Shown: piece by piece, positions 1-13,807 of the stretch
How the letters are laid out: each line of letters starts with the position of its first letter
Numbering within the stretch: position 1 is the first letter of the stretch
Assembly (NCBI GenBank): GCA_051294375.1
Contig: CM119263.1
Location: 28,257,634 to 28,316,163 of the forward strand
Length of the DNA: 58,530 bases
Direction: 5' to 3'
DNA from: Paraspadella gotoi
Taxonomy: Eukaryota > Animalia > Chaetognatha
Program-made: the position numbers and the translations under genes
Notes under the pieces: generated by a model
Database searches by the model: none
Seen by the model: only the letters and a program-made list of their open reading frames with translations
Told to the model about the DNA's origin: nothing

Positions 1-495
1 GTCGAAGAATATTTATTCAAGTGAGATGAATAATGAATTTTGATTTAAAAAACTCGGAAGTCTTCGTTCTTATTATTTTTTCGCTTCATTCTTATTTCAT
101 TCCATTTTAATTTTCTCGTTTTCCTACAACTTTTATTTACAACTTTTTAATTCTTTTAAATAATGTATCATAGTGTTTTTGAGAAATATCTTTAGACAAG
201 CGAATTGAATGTTCTGAGCTCATGTCTATTCGAACTCCTGTAATTTCGCGATATTTCAAATCCTATCATATTAATTCCTGTCACATAACATTATGTCATT
301 TTAAATCCTGCCATCTCACGTTATGTCAATTCGAATCCAATCATATCAATTCCCGGATTCCTCGATCTCAAAATGCCGACGATGACGAAAAATGCAGTCG
401 ATGCCGTAGAATCGACGTTTTGTTTATTTCGCTTCTTTCTTTTTTCGTATAAATGAATTTCCGATGCCCCGTCGATATTTTCCGATGAGTCAACC

Positions 496-546
<51 letters not shown>

Positions 547-990
547 TCAATGACCGAACGTGATTGTAATTGCGTTGGAATTCTCTAGTCTTCAACTCCC
601 CGCCAACGCCGCTGATCCTACCGACCTTCGCCAGCAGCCGCCATCCTCTGCCGCCGCTGTCGCCGCCGCAGCCCCCGCCCCAGCCGCCGCCTCTCGCCAT
701 ACCGGGACTGACGGAGGCAGACTCGGTTTTGGGAGGCATTGAAATGACTCCAACAACAACAACGACAAAAACAACGATAACAACCACTACAACAGCAACA
801 GCCACAAAAACATTAACAACAACGAAGAAAATAACGACATTTAATACTAGAAAAATTCAATAAATAAACAACAAGTACAAAAATAAAAACGAAAACTACG
901 CATACCCTAACAAAAACTCAGACAAAAAGAAAAAAAATAATACGGTAACTAACCAATGACAACGACAACAATAACAACAACAACAACGCC
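496..990. repeat. Trinucleotide low-complexity block: (GAC)n, CCG-rich stretch, (ACA)n
   Basis: About 16 GAC units at 496-544, CCG/GCC-rich 596-700, degenerate ACA repeats 750-990. The overlapping poly-S/P/T/V ORFs are by-products. Confidence 0.85.
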
Positions 991-1025
991 TCCACCGCCG
1001 GATATGATCCGGAGGCGGAATTAAT

Positions 1026-1206
1026 CTTTCTCTTTTTCTTTCTATTTATTTCTTTCTTTCTCTCTTTCTTTTTTCTTTATTTCTTTCTTTCTTTCTCCGT
1101 CGAGAGAATTCGAACTTCGTCATAATCGAAAGTCAATTTATTTTCTCTTTTCTCTTCACCTCCTTTTTTGATTGGAGTCAAAAGATGGATGGACTCAATC
1201 TATATT

Positions 1207-1242
<36 letters not shown>

Positions 1243-1245
1243 TGA

Positions 1246-1286
<41 letters not shown>

Positions 1287-1410
1287 TATTTTTCTTTCCT
1301 TTCTTTCTTTCCTTCCTTGATTTTTTCCAATGTTTCTCGCTCCTCAACTCCTTTCTAATTTCTTTATTTTTCTACTTTCTTGTTTTCCTCATTTTTTTCT
1401 CAATTTATTT
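1026..1410. repeat. (TTTC)n pyrimidine-rich microsatellite
   Basis: Long TTTC runs, clearest at 1205-1285, running into an N gap. Confidence 0.85.
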
Positions 1411-2754
1411 NNNNNNNNNNNNNNNNNNNNNNNNNNNNNNNNNNNNNNNNNNNNNNNNNNNNNNNNNNNNNNNNNNNNNNNNNNNNNNNNNNNNNNNNNN
1501 NNNNNNNNNNNNNNNNNNNNNNNNNNNNNNNNNNNNNNNNNNNNNNNNNNNNNNNNNNNNNNNNNNNNNNNNNNNNNNNNNNNNNNNNNNNNNNNNNNNN
1601 NNNNNNNNNNNNNNNNNNNNNNNNNNNNNNNNNNNNNNNNNNNNNNNNNNNNNNNNNNNNNNNNNNNNNNNNNNNNNNNNNNNNNNNNNNNNNNNNNNNN
1701 NNNNNNNNNNNNNNNNNNNNNNNNNNNNNNNNNNNNNNNNNNNNNNNNNNNNNNNNNNNNNNNNNNNNNACTATTCCTTCTCTATCTGCAACAGACGTCA
1801 ACACACCATCCCACCCGAATCCAACCGACTTCCGGTTTTCAGTTCCGGTTCAACGTCTTTAACTCGTCGCTCCGCCTCCGACCACGCCCACCAGCGAAAT
1901 GGGACGACGCCCTTTCTCTCCTCGCTTCCTCTTCCTCTTCCTCGCCCTCGTCGTCGTGGCAACGGTGGACGCGGAAAATGAGGCCGAAGGTGAGAGGAGG
2001 CAGAGGGTGGAGGAGGGAAAGNNNNNNNNNNNNNNNNNNNNNNNNNNNNNNNNNNNNNNNNNNNNNNNNNNNNNNNNNNNNNNNNNNNNNNNNNNNNNNN
2101 NNNNNNNNNNNNNNNNNNNNNNNNNNNNNNNNNNNNNNNNNNNNNNNNNNNNNNNNNNNNNNNNNNNNNNNNNNNNNNNNNNNNNNNNNNNNNNNNNNNN
2201 NNNNNNNNNNNNNNNNNNNNNNNNNNNNNNNNNNNNNNNNNNNNNNNNNNNNNNNNNNNNNNNNNNNNNNNNNNNNNNNNNNNGAAAGGGGGATTTTAAG
2301 ACAAAAAGTGAGAAAGAGAAACAAATTAAACTATTAAAAAATAAAAATAAAACGATTTAAAAAAATGGCCAAAAGGGGAAAAAAAATGTGAAGAAAAAAA
2401 NNNNNNNNNNNNNNNNNNNNNNNNNNNNNNNNNNNNNNNNNNNNNNNNNNNNNNNNNNNNNNNNNNNNNNNNNNNNNNNNNNNNNNNNNNNNNNNNNNNN
2501 NNNNNNNNNNNNNNNNNNNNNNNNNNNNNNNNNNNNNNNNNNNNNNNNNNNNNNNNNNNNNNNNNNNNNNNNNNNNNNNNNNNNNNNNNNNNNNNNNNNN
2601 NNNNNNNNNNNNAAAAAAAAGAAAAAAGAAAAGGATAGTCGAGGGAAAAAACTGAGAGTGGAAAACGAATCTTGAAAAAAAAATTAAAAGAGTAAATGAA
2701 AAAAGTGAGAATCGTTATGTCTACTCATATCTGTTTCTTATAATCTTAATGCTG

Positions 2755-2997
2755 AACCCTAAACCTTATTCCCTAAGCATAATCGCTAACCCTAATGATT
2801 AACCCAATCCCTAACCCTGTCGTAATCTTTAACCCTAAACCCAAACTTTATTTCCTAACCTTCACTAACCTAATTCCTAACCTTTATCCTTAAAATAATC
2901 TATTACCTAATTCAAAGCCCTAATATCTAACCTAATCTTTTGAATTTTGAATTTAGGATGAAATGGTGCGCTTTGGGAAAATAGGGCCTAATTTCAG
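2755..2997 (-). mobile_element. Copy of a short TIR (MITE-like) element with degenerate telomere-like repeats
   Basis: CCCTAA-like array 2755-2935, then 2940-2997, whose reverse complement (GGCCCTATTTTCCCAAAGCGCACCATTTCATCCTAAATTCAAAATT) matches 43017-43062 (GGCCTTATTTTCCCAGAACGCCCTATTCCATCTTAAATGTAAAATT). Confidence 0.55.
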
Positions 2998-4686
2998 TTA
3001 TGGCACTTTCTGATTTTTTTTTCAGTTATTATTCTTTTCATATGATTCACGTACCGACAAAAGTCTTATAACTACCGTTGTAATGATGTAATATTGTATA
3101 TGCTATGTTTCTAATGTAATAATTCGGTCAATTTATTTTTTGTGAAAAAAATGAAACTAACATTTCCTATTATCCATCCCATAATTACCGAAGAAGGAGA
3201 TAAAACTTAAACTTGCTTTATCTTCCTGGTTTTATATTTTCAAAATTCGCTGATCGTCTAGATATAACATCTAGAATCATACAAAAAGGCAATGAACTCA
3301 ATTTTTGGTAGAATTCTTTTTTTTTTTCTCTCTCTCTCTTTTTTTTCATTCTCTACGAAAATCCATTTCTCTCGGTTATCGACAAAGAATCTTCCGGAAT
3401 CTATTTTAATCAACATACACGCACATTGTCGTCGTCGTCGTCGTCGTCGTCGAGGTCGTCGTCGTCGTCTCCTTGATTGGGTGCAGAGCGCAGACTGCAG
3501 TTGATAAATCAGTCAGATCCAAATAATCAATGTAATTAAGTGTAGGAACGAAGGTTATGAGCCTCTGCATAAGTAACACACCTCGTTCTTTTTCGACGCG
3601 TTTTATTTACTAAATGAATGTATGCTTTTAATACAGAAAAGACGCATAGTAGATTCAGAAAGTTTATTTTCACGATATTTGACAAGGTATACCAACGTCA
3701 AGAAACGGAGGATTCAAAACACATTAAAAGAAAAAAAAACTCCCTCACACCTTTCTTTTAAATTTATGTTTTATTTATGTTCTACGTATTTGAGCTACAG
3801 AACGTCGATCAACTTCAATCGTGTTCGCTCATCGTCGAGTATTGTAGTTTGTCAATTGTTCGTCGTTCCTGTTCTTCATTGATGAAAAGTCCGTTCTCGT
3901 CTTTGAAAATGAATCCTACAATCATCTTCGTTCGCTTCTGCCATCAACTGAGTTCCACATTGTTTCGATTCTGTCGTGGGAAGTTTGTTGTGCATTCCAC
4001 TTTCATACGGAATGTTGTCATCAAATGACCTCAGTGACGAGGCAGAAAAAAATAAACCCTGAAGTCTAAAAAGAGATGATTTTTTTTTAAAACCAAGAGC
4101 AGATGCCATTGTTATCCTTGGCAATAGTGCCAGTAGTGCAGTACCCAGGTGGCACAAGCTAAAGCTCAAAATGGATGAATAGACTGATAATATGCAGGAC
4201 GGAAAAATGATAAAAGATCTGCCCAACGAGAGCTGTAGTATTAGCAGTGGGCTCGGGTGTTTCAAGGAAAAAAAAATTAATTTTTTTAAAAAATTTTTTT
4301 TTGAATTTGTAATTCCCGATTCTTCCCGATTTAGTTTTAAAACGATAATATTAGATTTAAAAATAAAGACATCATTCTTGACTTTAGGTCTAATTATTAT
4401 AATTGTAATGTAAGTATTCTGATATTAAGAATATGAACGAGACCGATTATTCCTATATTTATGACTTGATAGACTTAATACAGAAAACAGGATCGAGAAT
4501 TCTATTTTTTTATTAAAGTAAGAAAACGTCCAGTAATTCTCCAACTAATAAAATACGTATGAAATATCTTTATTTGATAAGATTTTTTTTCGGTGACACT
4601 GGGGAACGGACACGGAGTGGCGACGGGAGTGATTAACTGTGAAACCGTGTCGTTTTCTCATCCAAATCTTATTTGATTTCGTCCAG

Positions 4687-4781
4687 GATTGAGAAGACGA
4701 GCAGAAGATGAGAACGAACCGAGTCTTCGAAAATTGAGAAGCGTCAAAGAAGATGGCGACGAAAGTGGAAGAGAATTTCAG
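4687..4781 (+). other. Possible orphan exon
   Basis: gtccag| acceptor and CAG|gtaaaa donor flank an open frame LRRRAEDENEPSLRKLRSVKEDGDESGREFQ. It also contains AAGATGGCG. No family recognised. Confidence 0.2.
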
Positions 4782-6639
4782 GTAAAACAATATGTGGCAC
4801 TATTTCCCCAGAGCGCTCTGTCTCGCAGAGAGACGAGACGAGAGAGAAGCAGGAGCAGAGGAGATGAGAGAGAGCGTATGAGGAGAGGGGAGAGATGAGA
4901 GGAGAAGGAAGAGAAGAGCAGAGAGAGGATGAGAGATGAAGAGAGACCGAGGACGCGAGANNNNNNNNNNNNNNNNNNNNNNNNNNNNNNNNNNNNNNNN
5001 NNNNNNNNNNNNNNNNNNNNNNNNNNNNNNNNNNNNNNNNNNNNNNNNNNNNNNNNNNNNNNNNNNNNNNNNNNNNNNNNNNNNNTCGTTTTGCTTCCAA
5101 TCTTTTCTAGCTGCTTTTATTATTTTGCTCCATCCAGCTATCTTTAACTGTTTTATTTTCGGGCCAATTTCTGCTTTTCTTAATGAATGTTTTTCCTGGG
5201 GAGACCGGGAGGAGCGTTTATATGAACTGGGACGCTAAACCTTGCTTTTTTTTGGTAATACCTGTTATGTTATATCTTCTATATCTCAAGCGCTAATTTT
5301 TTCCGTAAGATAGAGAAGTGAAAACCTATTTTTGAATCAAAAAGGAAAGAACTANNNNNNNNNNNNNNNNNNNNNNNNNNNNNNNNNNNNNNNNNNNNNN
5401 NNNNNNNNNNNNNNNNNNNNNNNNNNNNNNNNNNNNNNNNNNNNNNNNNNNNNNNNNNNNNNNNNNNNNNNNNNNNNNNNNNNNNNNNNNNNNNNNNNNA
5501 TCCCTGGTTTTATTCAGGAAATTTTTTTTTAAATTTTTTTCATGGATTCCAATTCGTGGAAAATTGAGGAGATAAAATTGGATGAAATTGAAATAAATTA
5601 GAAGCAGAGGATATAAAATAGATACGAACAAAATAAAGATAAAGATGTCATCGTAGGAGTATCAAGTTTTTCCTTAAATGATGTTAACAATATAAAATAT
5701 ATGAAAGTTATTATGGATATCAAAGATTTCAAAACATTTTAAATTTCGACAAAAAAAAAAACTCAAGCAAACTGTCAACAGTTAAAATTCAACAGTCAAC
5801 AGCCAACAGTGCTCAAAACGTTGCTCCAAAACTAAAATGATATTTCAATCTACATTTCNNNNNNNNNNNNNNNNNNNNNNNNNNNNNNNNNNNNNNNNNN
5901 NNNNNNNNNNNNNNNNNNNNNNNNNNNNNNNNNNNNNNNNNNNNNNNNNNNNNNNNNNNNNNNNNNNNNNNNNNNNNNNNNNNNNNNNNNNNNNNNNNNN
6001 NNNNNNNNNNNNNNNNNNNNNNNNNNNNNNNNNNNNNNNNNNNNNNNNNNNNNNNNNNNNNNNNNNNNNNNNNNNNNNNNNNNNNNNNNNNNNNNNNNNN
6101 NNNNNNNNNNNNNNNNNNNNNNNNNTTTCATTATTGACGAACCTTAAAAATGGAAGAAGCAAGAAAAATATCTTTCCTTTACCCTTTTGTTTTCTTGTGC
6201 CCCTCTTGCGCATTCCTCGTGCTCACACTGTGCTCCCCCACACATATTGTTTCTCTCATCGTTTCTCTAGTCCGACTTGTCCCCATAGTTCCCCCTGCCT
6301 CCCGATCACAACATGGCATCAAAGTTTTCTCTATTACCATACAGTGCATAACAGAAACAATCTTTTTGGTTTTTGACCTGTTTTAGACTGTTTTAATTTT
6401 TGACTATTTAAAAGTTTTTCTTTGTTCCCTTTTTCGTTTTCCACTGATGATGATAATAAGCCGAAATATTTCGGAAACAAAAATTGTTTCTGTTATGCAC
6501 TTTATTTCTCCACAATGAAAATTTCATAATCCTTTTTTCGAGTGTTAACATTTTTTTTCGTTTTTCTTGGGACTCGACTATCAGTTTTGAGGAATTACGC
6601 TTCTCTACTTTGCGATCACAAATCCAGCAGACTTCATCC

Positions 6640-6810
6640 CTCGGCCACTGCGCATCTTCCTTCGTCATTATGGGCGGCGTCGCATCACGCCCTCTTCGTC
6701 TCATGACGTCATCGTTGGCGGCGCCGACAGCGGCGGCTGCGGCAACGGTGGCTGCGGCAGCGGCAGCGTCGGCAGCAACTCACTTCCGGCTCGCCTCTCC
6801 TTCTCTCTTT
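6640..6810. promoter_or_regulatory. CpG-rich patch with CRE and ETS motifs (possible promoter)
   Basis: Palindromic ATGACGTCAT at 6703-6712 and CACTTCCGG at 6781-6789, inside a GC/CpG-rich island in AT-rich DNA. No linked gene identified. Confidence 0.25.
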
Positions 6811-6853
6811 AACGACTTCCCATTTTAGTAGAGAGTGAAAAATTGAGGAATAC

Positions 6854-8940
6854 TTTTTTTTCGACCTGTTTGCGCATTCGATATTAGGGTGGAGCGTTTC
6901 CTGATAGTGTGGTGGTATACTGAAACAACCTTCTTATGGCAAATAGGAAATGTTTTTAATTTTCAATAGAAGGTCTTGGATACTGACCTCTAGGAAATCA
7001 GAACGTAGAAAGCTCAAATTGGTACGCGGTAAAAAAATGCTCACTTGGGGTCAGAAGCCACGAGATTCAACAATTCCATATTGTAATATATTTAATTTCA
7101 CATTTTTTAAACGTTTTTAAACTGAAAAAAAAAATGTTCATGTTAATATTACTTAGGTCAGTTAAGGATTAGGATTTGGGAGANNNNNNNNNNNNNNNNN
7201 NNNNNNNNNNNNNNNNNNNNNNNNNNNNNNNNNNNNNNNNNNNNNNNNNNNNNNNNNNNNNNNNNNNNNNNNNNNNNNNNNNNNNNNNNNNNNNNNNNNN
7301 NNNNNNNNNNNNNNNNNNNNNNNNNNNNNNNNNNNNNNNNNNNNNNNNNNNNNNNNNNNNNNNNNNNNNNNNNNNNNNNNNNNNNNNNNNNNNNNNNNNN
7401 NNNNNNNNNNNNNNNNNNNNNNNNNNNNNNNNNNNNNNNNNNNNNNNNNNNNNNNNNNNNNNNNNNNNNNNNNNNNNNNNNNNNNNNNNNNNNNNNNNNN
7501 NNNNNNNNNNNNNNNNNTTGGGTTAAAGAATACAAAAGGGTTAGGGATTAGGGTAGAGGCTGGGTATTACCCAATGGGTAATGAGTTTGGAAATATATTA
7601 GCCTTAAGGTTGAATATTAGAGGTAAAATTAAATTCATGGATTGAGTAACAGAACTGGGGCGCTTTTGTAAAAGAGAGCTCCAAACTCCAAACTCCAAAC
7701 TCCAAACTCCAAACTCCAAAGTGGCATAAAAATAAAAAAGTAGCTGTAGTCTAAACATCATCTGGACAGCTTCGTTGGTCGCTGCTCTTCCTTTGCAACA
7801 CTTGGGTCGATGAAACGCTGGATCCAGGACGCTACGAGATTGGAAACGAATGGAACCGCGCGTTTCCATGAAAACGACCTACCCACCTTTTTTTTCGCTT
7901 CCATGTTCGCCATCTTTACCGTGAGATTCAGGCAGTCGATGGGAAAGTAATGAGGAATACAGGCGGTCGTCCTTTTCATCAGGGATACAGGCGGGTGTCC
8001 NNNNNNNNNNNNNNNNNNNNNNNNNNNNNNNNNNNNNNNNNNNNNNNNNNNNNNNNNNNNNNNNNNNNNNNNNNNNNNNNNNNNNNNNNNNNNNNNNNNN
8101 NNNNNNNNNNNNNNNNNNNNNNNNNNNNNNNNNNNNNNNNNNNNNNNNNNNNNNNNNNNNNNNNNNNNNNNNNNNNNNNNNNGAATCTCTTAAATATTTT
8201 TGTATAAACTTGATTATCAACTTTATTACAAAATATGGTTTCACGTTGTGAATTATTATCGTATTATTTTATAAAAAAATTATACACAGCACGTAAAGAT
8301 GAAAACAAAAACAAAGTAATATTTAAATTGTGACGGCGAATGAAAAAATAATGAAAAGTTCATTGCCTGACGCAACTAATAACGAAGTTGGAGACGAGAA
8401 TTCTGGGTTAATTGGTTCCAGTCTCGCGTTCTGAANNNNNNNNNNNNNNNNNNNNNNNNNNNNNNNNNNNNNNNNNNNNNNNNNNNNNNNNNNNNNNNNN
8501 NNNNNNNNNNNNNNNNNNNNNNNNNNNNNNNNNNNNNNNNNNNNNNNNNNNNNNNNNNNNNNNNNNNNNNNNNNNNNNNNNNNNNNNNNNNNNNNNNNNN
8601 NNNNNNNNNNNNNNNNNNNNNNNNNNNNNNNNNNNNNNNNNNNNNNNNNNTCTCTCTTTCTTTTTCCTCTCTCCACCACTCTATCGGTATTTCATTTCTT
8701 GAGAAAGTCAAGCTAACATTATCCAAAGAAACTTAGTTCTTAAAACAAATATTAAAATTAAAATCTGAAGAAAAAAACTTTTTTTTTCTTTTTGAGCGGA
8801 ATGCCGCAGCTGGAATTGAGTTCCCGTAAATTTCAGCGCAAATAATTTGAACAAACCTTCACTTTTTTCTCTTCCTTTCATTCACTTTTAGATTCGTTAT
8901 TAATTTCGCATTCCCTTATTCTTTTCTTCGACCCGGTGAC

Positions 8941-8985
<45 letters not shown>

Positions 8986-11253
8986 AAAGCACCTTTCTGG
9001 CTTCTGTCGCTATTTTACACTCATATTTTTACCTTTTAGAAGATAATGGAATATCGCTTTTCGAAATTACTTNNNNNNNNNNNNNNNNNNNNNNNNNTTT
9101 TTTTTTCGACCTGTTTGCGCATCGATATTAGGGTGGAGCGTTCCTGAATTTGTGGTGGTATACTGAAAACAACCTTCTTATGGCAAATAGGAAAATGTTT
9201 TAATTTTCAATAGAAGGTCTTGGGATACTGGACCTCTAGGAAAATCAGAAACGTAGAAAGCTCAAATTGGTACGCCGGTAAAAAAAAATGCTCACTTGGG
9301 GTCGAAGCACGAGATTCAACAATTCCATATTGTAATATATTTAATTTCACATTTTTAAAACGTTTTTTTAAACTGAAAAAAAAAAATGTTTCATGTAATT
9401 ATTACTTAGGTCAGTTAAGGATTTAGGATTTTGGGAGTGAGATTAAGAGGTTGGGGGTTTAAAGGATTTAGGTTAGGGGGTTAGGATTAGGGAAGTTAGG
9501 GGGTTAGGGATTACAGTTAGGGAGGTTTAGTGGGTTTTGGAAAAAATTAGGTTAAGGGGGTTTTAGGGGGTTAGAGAGGTTTTAGGGTTAGGGGTGACGG
9601 GGGAGGGTTAGGGGTTAAGGAAATTAGGGGTTTTAGGGAGGGCTTAGGGGGTTAGGGAATGGGTTAGGGATTAGGTTACGGAGGTTTAGGGGGTTAGGGA
9701 TTAGGGTTTTTGGGTTAAAAAAATACAAAAGGGTTAGGGGATTTAGGTAGAGGGCTGGGTATTACCCCAATGGGTAATGAGTTTGGGAAAATATATTAGC
9801 CTTAAAGGTTTTGAAATATTAGGGTAAAATTAAAAATTCATGGATTGAGTAAAAACAGAACTGGGGCGCTTTTGTAAAAGAGAGCTCCAAAATCCAAAAC
9901 TCCAAACTCCAAACTCCAAACTCCAAAAGTGGCATAAAAATAAAAAAGTAGCTGTAGTCTAAAAATCATCTTTGGACAGCTTCGTTGGTCCGCCCTGCTC
10001 TTCCTTTGCAACACTTGGGTCGATGAAAAAAACGCTTGGATCCAGGGACGCTACGAGATTGGGAAACAATGGAAACCGCGGGCGGTTTTTCCATGAAAAA
10101 CGACCTACCAAACCTTTTTTTTTTTCGCTTTTCCATGTTCGCCAATCTTTTACCGTGAGATTCAGGCAGTCGATTGGGAAAGTAATTGCGAGAAATACAG
10201 CGGTTCGTCCTTTTTCATCAGGGATACAGGCGGGGTGTCCTTTTTCATCTGCATCACAAAAGGAAACGAAAAATGTTTTTTCCCTGGTAAAAGTTGGGGT
10301 GCCGAGAAAGGGAAAAGAAAGAAGACGGAGAAAGAGAGTGAGGAGGTGAAGAGTGGAGAGAGAAGAGAGAGAAGAGAGAGAGAGAGAGAGAGGAAGAGAT
10401 AGAATCTCTAATATTTTTTTGTATAAACTTGATTATCAACTTTATTACAAAAAAATTATGGTTTCCACGTTGTTGAATTATTATCGTTATTATTTTATAA
10501 AAAAAAATTTACACACACGTAAAGATGAAAAAACAAAAACAAAGTAATATTTTAAATTGTGACGCGAATGAAAAAATAATGGAAAGTTTCCATTTCCTGA
10601 CGAAACTAATAAACGAAGTTTGGAAGGACGAGAATTCTGGGTTAATTGGTTCCAGTCTCGGCGTTTCTGAAAAGCCTTGTCTTTTTTTTTCTGCAAGTTT
10701 TGATTTTGAAAGAACAAGGCTCAAAAGGGGAAAATATTCCTCTCTCTCTCTCTCTTCTCTCTCTCCTCTCTTTTCTCTCTCTCTCTTCTCTCTCTCTTTC
10801 TCCTCTCCTCTCTCTCTTTCTTTTTCTCTCTCCACAACTCTATCGGTATTTCATTTTCTTGAAGAAAGTCAACTAACATTATCCAAAGAAACTTTAGTTC
10901 TTAAACAAAATATTAAAATAAAAATCTGAAGAAAAAAAACTTTTTTTTTCTTTTTGAGGGAATGCCGCAGCTGGAATTGAGTTCCCGTAAAAAATTTCAG
11001 CGCAAAATAATTTGAACAAACCTTCAACTTTTTTTTTTCTTTCCTTTCATTCCACTTTTAGATTCGTTATTTAATTTCGCATTTCCCTATTCCCTTTCTT
11101 CCCGAAACCCCGGTGGGGACAAACAGAGAGAGAGAGAGAGGGGAGAGAGAGAGGAGAGGGGGGGAAAGCACCTTTCTGGCTTCCTGTCGCTATTTACACT
11201 CATATTTTTACCTTTTAGAAGATAATGGAATATCGCCTTTTTCGAAATTACTT
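6854..11253 (+). repeat. ~2.2 kb direct duplication (6854-9072 / 9098-11253) flanking a 25-N gap; probable assembly artefact
   Basis: Both copies start TTTTTCGACCTGTTTGCGCA and end TCGAAATTACTT. The differences are almost all homopolymer-length indels, as expected from uncorrected long-read sequence. Confidence 0.85.
9411..9930 (+). mobile_element. TIR element copy with degenerate (TTAGGG)-like array (duplicate at ~7158-7720)
   Basis: TTAGGG/TTAGG array 9411-9760, then CAGAACTGGGGCGCTTTTGTAAAAGAGAGCTCCAAA (reverse-complement match to the family head at 43007-43045) and (CCAAACT)n. Confidence 0.5.
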
Positions 11254-12555
11254 TTTCAGCTTTTTTCCTCCCTCTTTCTTCTCTTCTCCCTCTCTCCTCT
11301 CTCTCTCATGGCCTATACTCGAGATTCGCGGCTAGGAGCCACGGTTGTTCGGCCACCGAGCCTTTTGTCCATCATGGCCGGACCAACGTCGACCGGCCCA
11401 AATCTTTTGCCGCCGGGGACTCGAGGTTCGCGGGAATCGAGAGAAAAAAAAATATTGCTCGGGAGAAAAATCCGCGAATCAATAGGATACGTTCCGGAAA
11501 TCGTGGTCCGGGGACGGAAAATTCTTTTTTTACTTACTTTCTATGAAAATATTATATTTAAATAATACAAAAAATTTAAAAAAATAAATAAAGACAGAAA
11601 AAAGATCAACCCTGAAAGTGAACAAAGCCAAAATTGTTTTGCAATTATTTTTATTATAGTTTTTATAATTTTCAAGATTTTTTATTGTTTTTTAAATTAA
11701 ATGAGTTAATAAGCGATGATGAAAAGATAAGTAAACATTTAGTTGATTTATTTTCCTTTTTATTTTAATTCGATTAGCTAATATATTTTTTTATAAAAAA
11801 AAAGTGTAGCAAAGTTTTTTACGATATCTTTTGTTGGGAAAGCTGTCTTTGCGCCAAAATTGTTTTTGAGAGGTCGCCTTTTTACTAGGAGTGGGGCAAA
11901 AGCTGAAACAAAAAAAAGCCGAGCAAAACAGTTGTCTGGAAAATCCTAAACTTAGGAACCTAAGCTATTTGTCAGCCCTGTTATTCTTTTTTAATTATTT
12001 TTTTAAAATCATTTTATAATACAAATTGAAATAGATCTTTTTTTGGTTTCAGTTAAAAATATTTAATACCAATGAAACAAAATGAAAATTAAAAGAAAAA
12101 TGTAAACAAAATTAAGGGAAAAAGAAATAAGTCAAAAAATTCAAAAAAATCATGGAGATAGGAAAGTAAAAAAAAAAAATAAATAAAAAAAAGAAATTAA
12201 AAATCTAAATGAAAATAGGGTTTAAAAATAATAACTTATTTTTAATTCATTCTTTTTATTTCATTTGGGAATTAAAGGAAAAGAGCAGAAAGAGAGTCTC
12301 GATTCCGCGACTTTCAGCCCGTCGGTATGGCGGACTTGATCAGATGCCGCGGCGAGAGGAAGGAGAAGAGAAGAGAAGAGAAAGAAAATGACCCGTCGGG
12401 TCAGGTTCGGAGACAGGGTCCGCGACCTGAAGCGCAGGACGGAGGAACAATAGCCGGCAGCGCGGAAACAATAGAGTGACCGAAAAATTGGGTCGCGAAC
12501 TTCAAGTATATGCCTGCCTCTCTCTCTCTTTCTCTATTCTATTTATATCTATTTA

Positions 12556-12596
<41 letters not shown>
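12556..12596. repeat. (TATC)n microsatellite
   Basis: Tandem TATC run. Confidence 0.85.
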
Positions 12597-13214
12597 CGCT
12601 CTTTCTATTTGCTTTATCCAAAATGCTTTTTTTATTCAGAAAACGTCCAAAGGTCTTCTTATAAGAGACCATACATTACGTTCATTTTACGTTCAAGGTT
12701 ATATTATCATTGCTATTATATAAATCGTATAAAGAGCCTAAAGGGATGTATTTTTGCAAAACCCTACGCTTTTAATTTTATTATCCATTCTGTAAATTTC
12801 CATCCCTTTTTAAGTAAAGAGACCTTATTCATAAAATCGCTCGAATATCCTTTTATTTTATTTTATACGGGACCAGTTTTGACTTTCCAAAGTGTTCCCT
12901 CCAAAGATTTCCCTCTCTTCCACTCGAGAAACGATAGACAATTTTCCGGGAGATTTATTTTTACATTTCCATCATCGAGTTAGTTCTTCCACTCGAAATA
13001 TAATCGATTAATATTTAAATAGTTATTTGATTATATTAAATCCAGTTAAGCATATGTATAAATTACACTTTCTTACGTGGTAATAATTTTTTCAATGCCT
13101 TTCATACCTAAGCCATATTGAAAACTTTGTGAACCTTATTCACTTTGCTATTGTAATATTGCAATCATAAAAACCTATGCGATTCCATCCCCTCATTCTC
13201 GCTTCCATCTTCAG

Positions 13215-13343
13215 ATGAACGAACCTGCGGATCGATTGGTCGGCGAGGATCGCGGGCGATCGATGGACCGCGCCTTCAAGAGAAGACTCGTGGAGAAGAT
13301 CTTGGAATACCTGGAGGATCTGGACGGAGACTCGCCGAAACGA
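13215..13343 (+). CDS. Orphan coding exon with dibasic sites (prohormone-like spacer?)
   Basis: ccatcttcag| acceptor, |gtgagt donor, 129 bp phase 0-0, GC-rich codons: MNEPADRLVGEDRGRSMDRAFKRRLVEKILEYLEDLDGDSPKR. Other exons not identified. Confidence 0.5.
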
Positions 13344-13756
13344 GTGAGTTGGTAGGGAAGAGGGTGTAAGGGTGGAGTGAGAGATAAGTGATAGAAGTGT
13401 GATGATTTTATGTGTGAAGGGATTGGAGTGACTTGAAGGTNNNNNNNNNNTTTATGTGTGAAGGGATGGGAGTGACTTGAAGGTGAAAAAAAAGTTCTTT
13501 TATTATCATTTTTATCGAATATCGAAAATGGTTAGATGACCCGTTATGGAAATCGCTGTACTTTATAATGGCTCTTAAAAGTATCTAAAAAAGTTTCAAT
13601 GTGTCTTTTATGGCAGGAGAGCGAAAAAAGAAATTAGAGTGGGAATGTTCACTTTTCTAGTTAGTATAAGTTTAAAATATGTTCTGGTGAGACGAGCTAT
13701 TACGAAGGTATTAATGGAAATATGTCATAGACAAAACAAAATGGAAACACAAGGGG

Positions 13757-13807
<51 letters not shown>

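Noticed and set aside
989-1020. GC-rich hairpin CCGCCGGAT-ATG-ATCCGGAGG as a Helitron end or terminator
   Set aside because: Imperfect, with no following CTRR and no second copy seen.
3780-4265. Protein-like minus-strand stretch (MIVGFIFKDENGLFINEEQERR...)
   Set aside because: Interrupted by stops, with no recognisable family or consistent splice sites.
7745-8000. GC-richer segment with 60-100-aa ORFs on both strands
   Set aside because: Frames are not preserved between the two duplicate copies and no motif was recognised; cannot be called.
9411-9760. True telomere or chromosome-fusion site
   Set aside because: Highly degenerate, short and embedded in a dispersed repeat family with several copies in the window.
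6854-11253. 2.2 kb tandem duplication as a real segmental duplication
   Set aside because: The copies abut a 25-N gap and differ mainly by homopolymer indels, the pattern of redundant noisy long-read gap filling.
222-12983. Numerous ORF-track ORFs spanning N runs or microsatellites
   Set aside because: They are open only because of Ns or simple repeats (poly-S/L, R/E, F); no domain signal.
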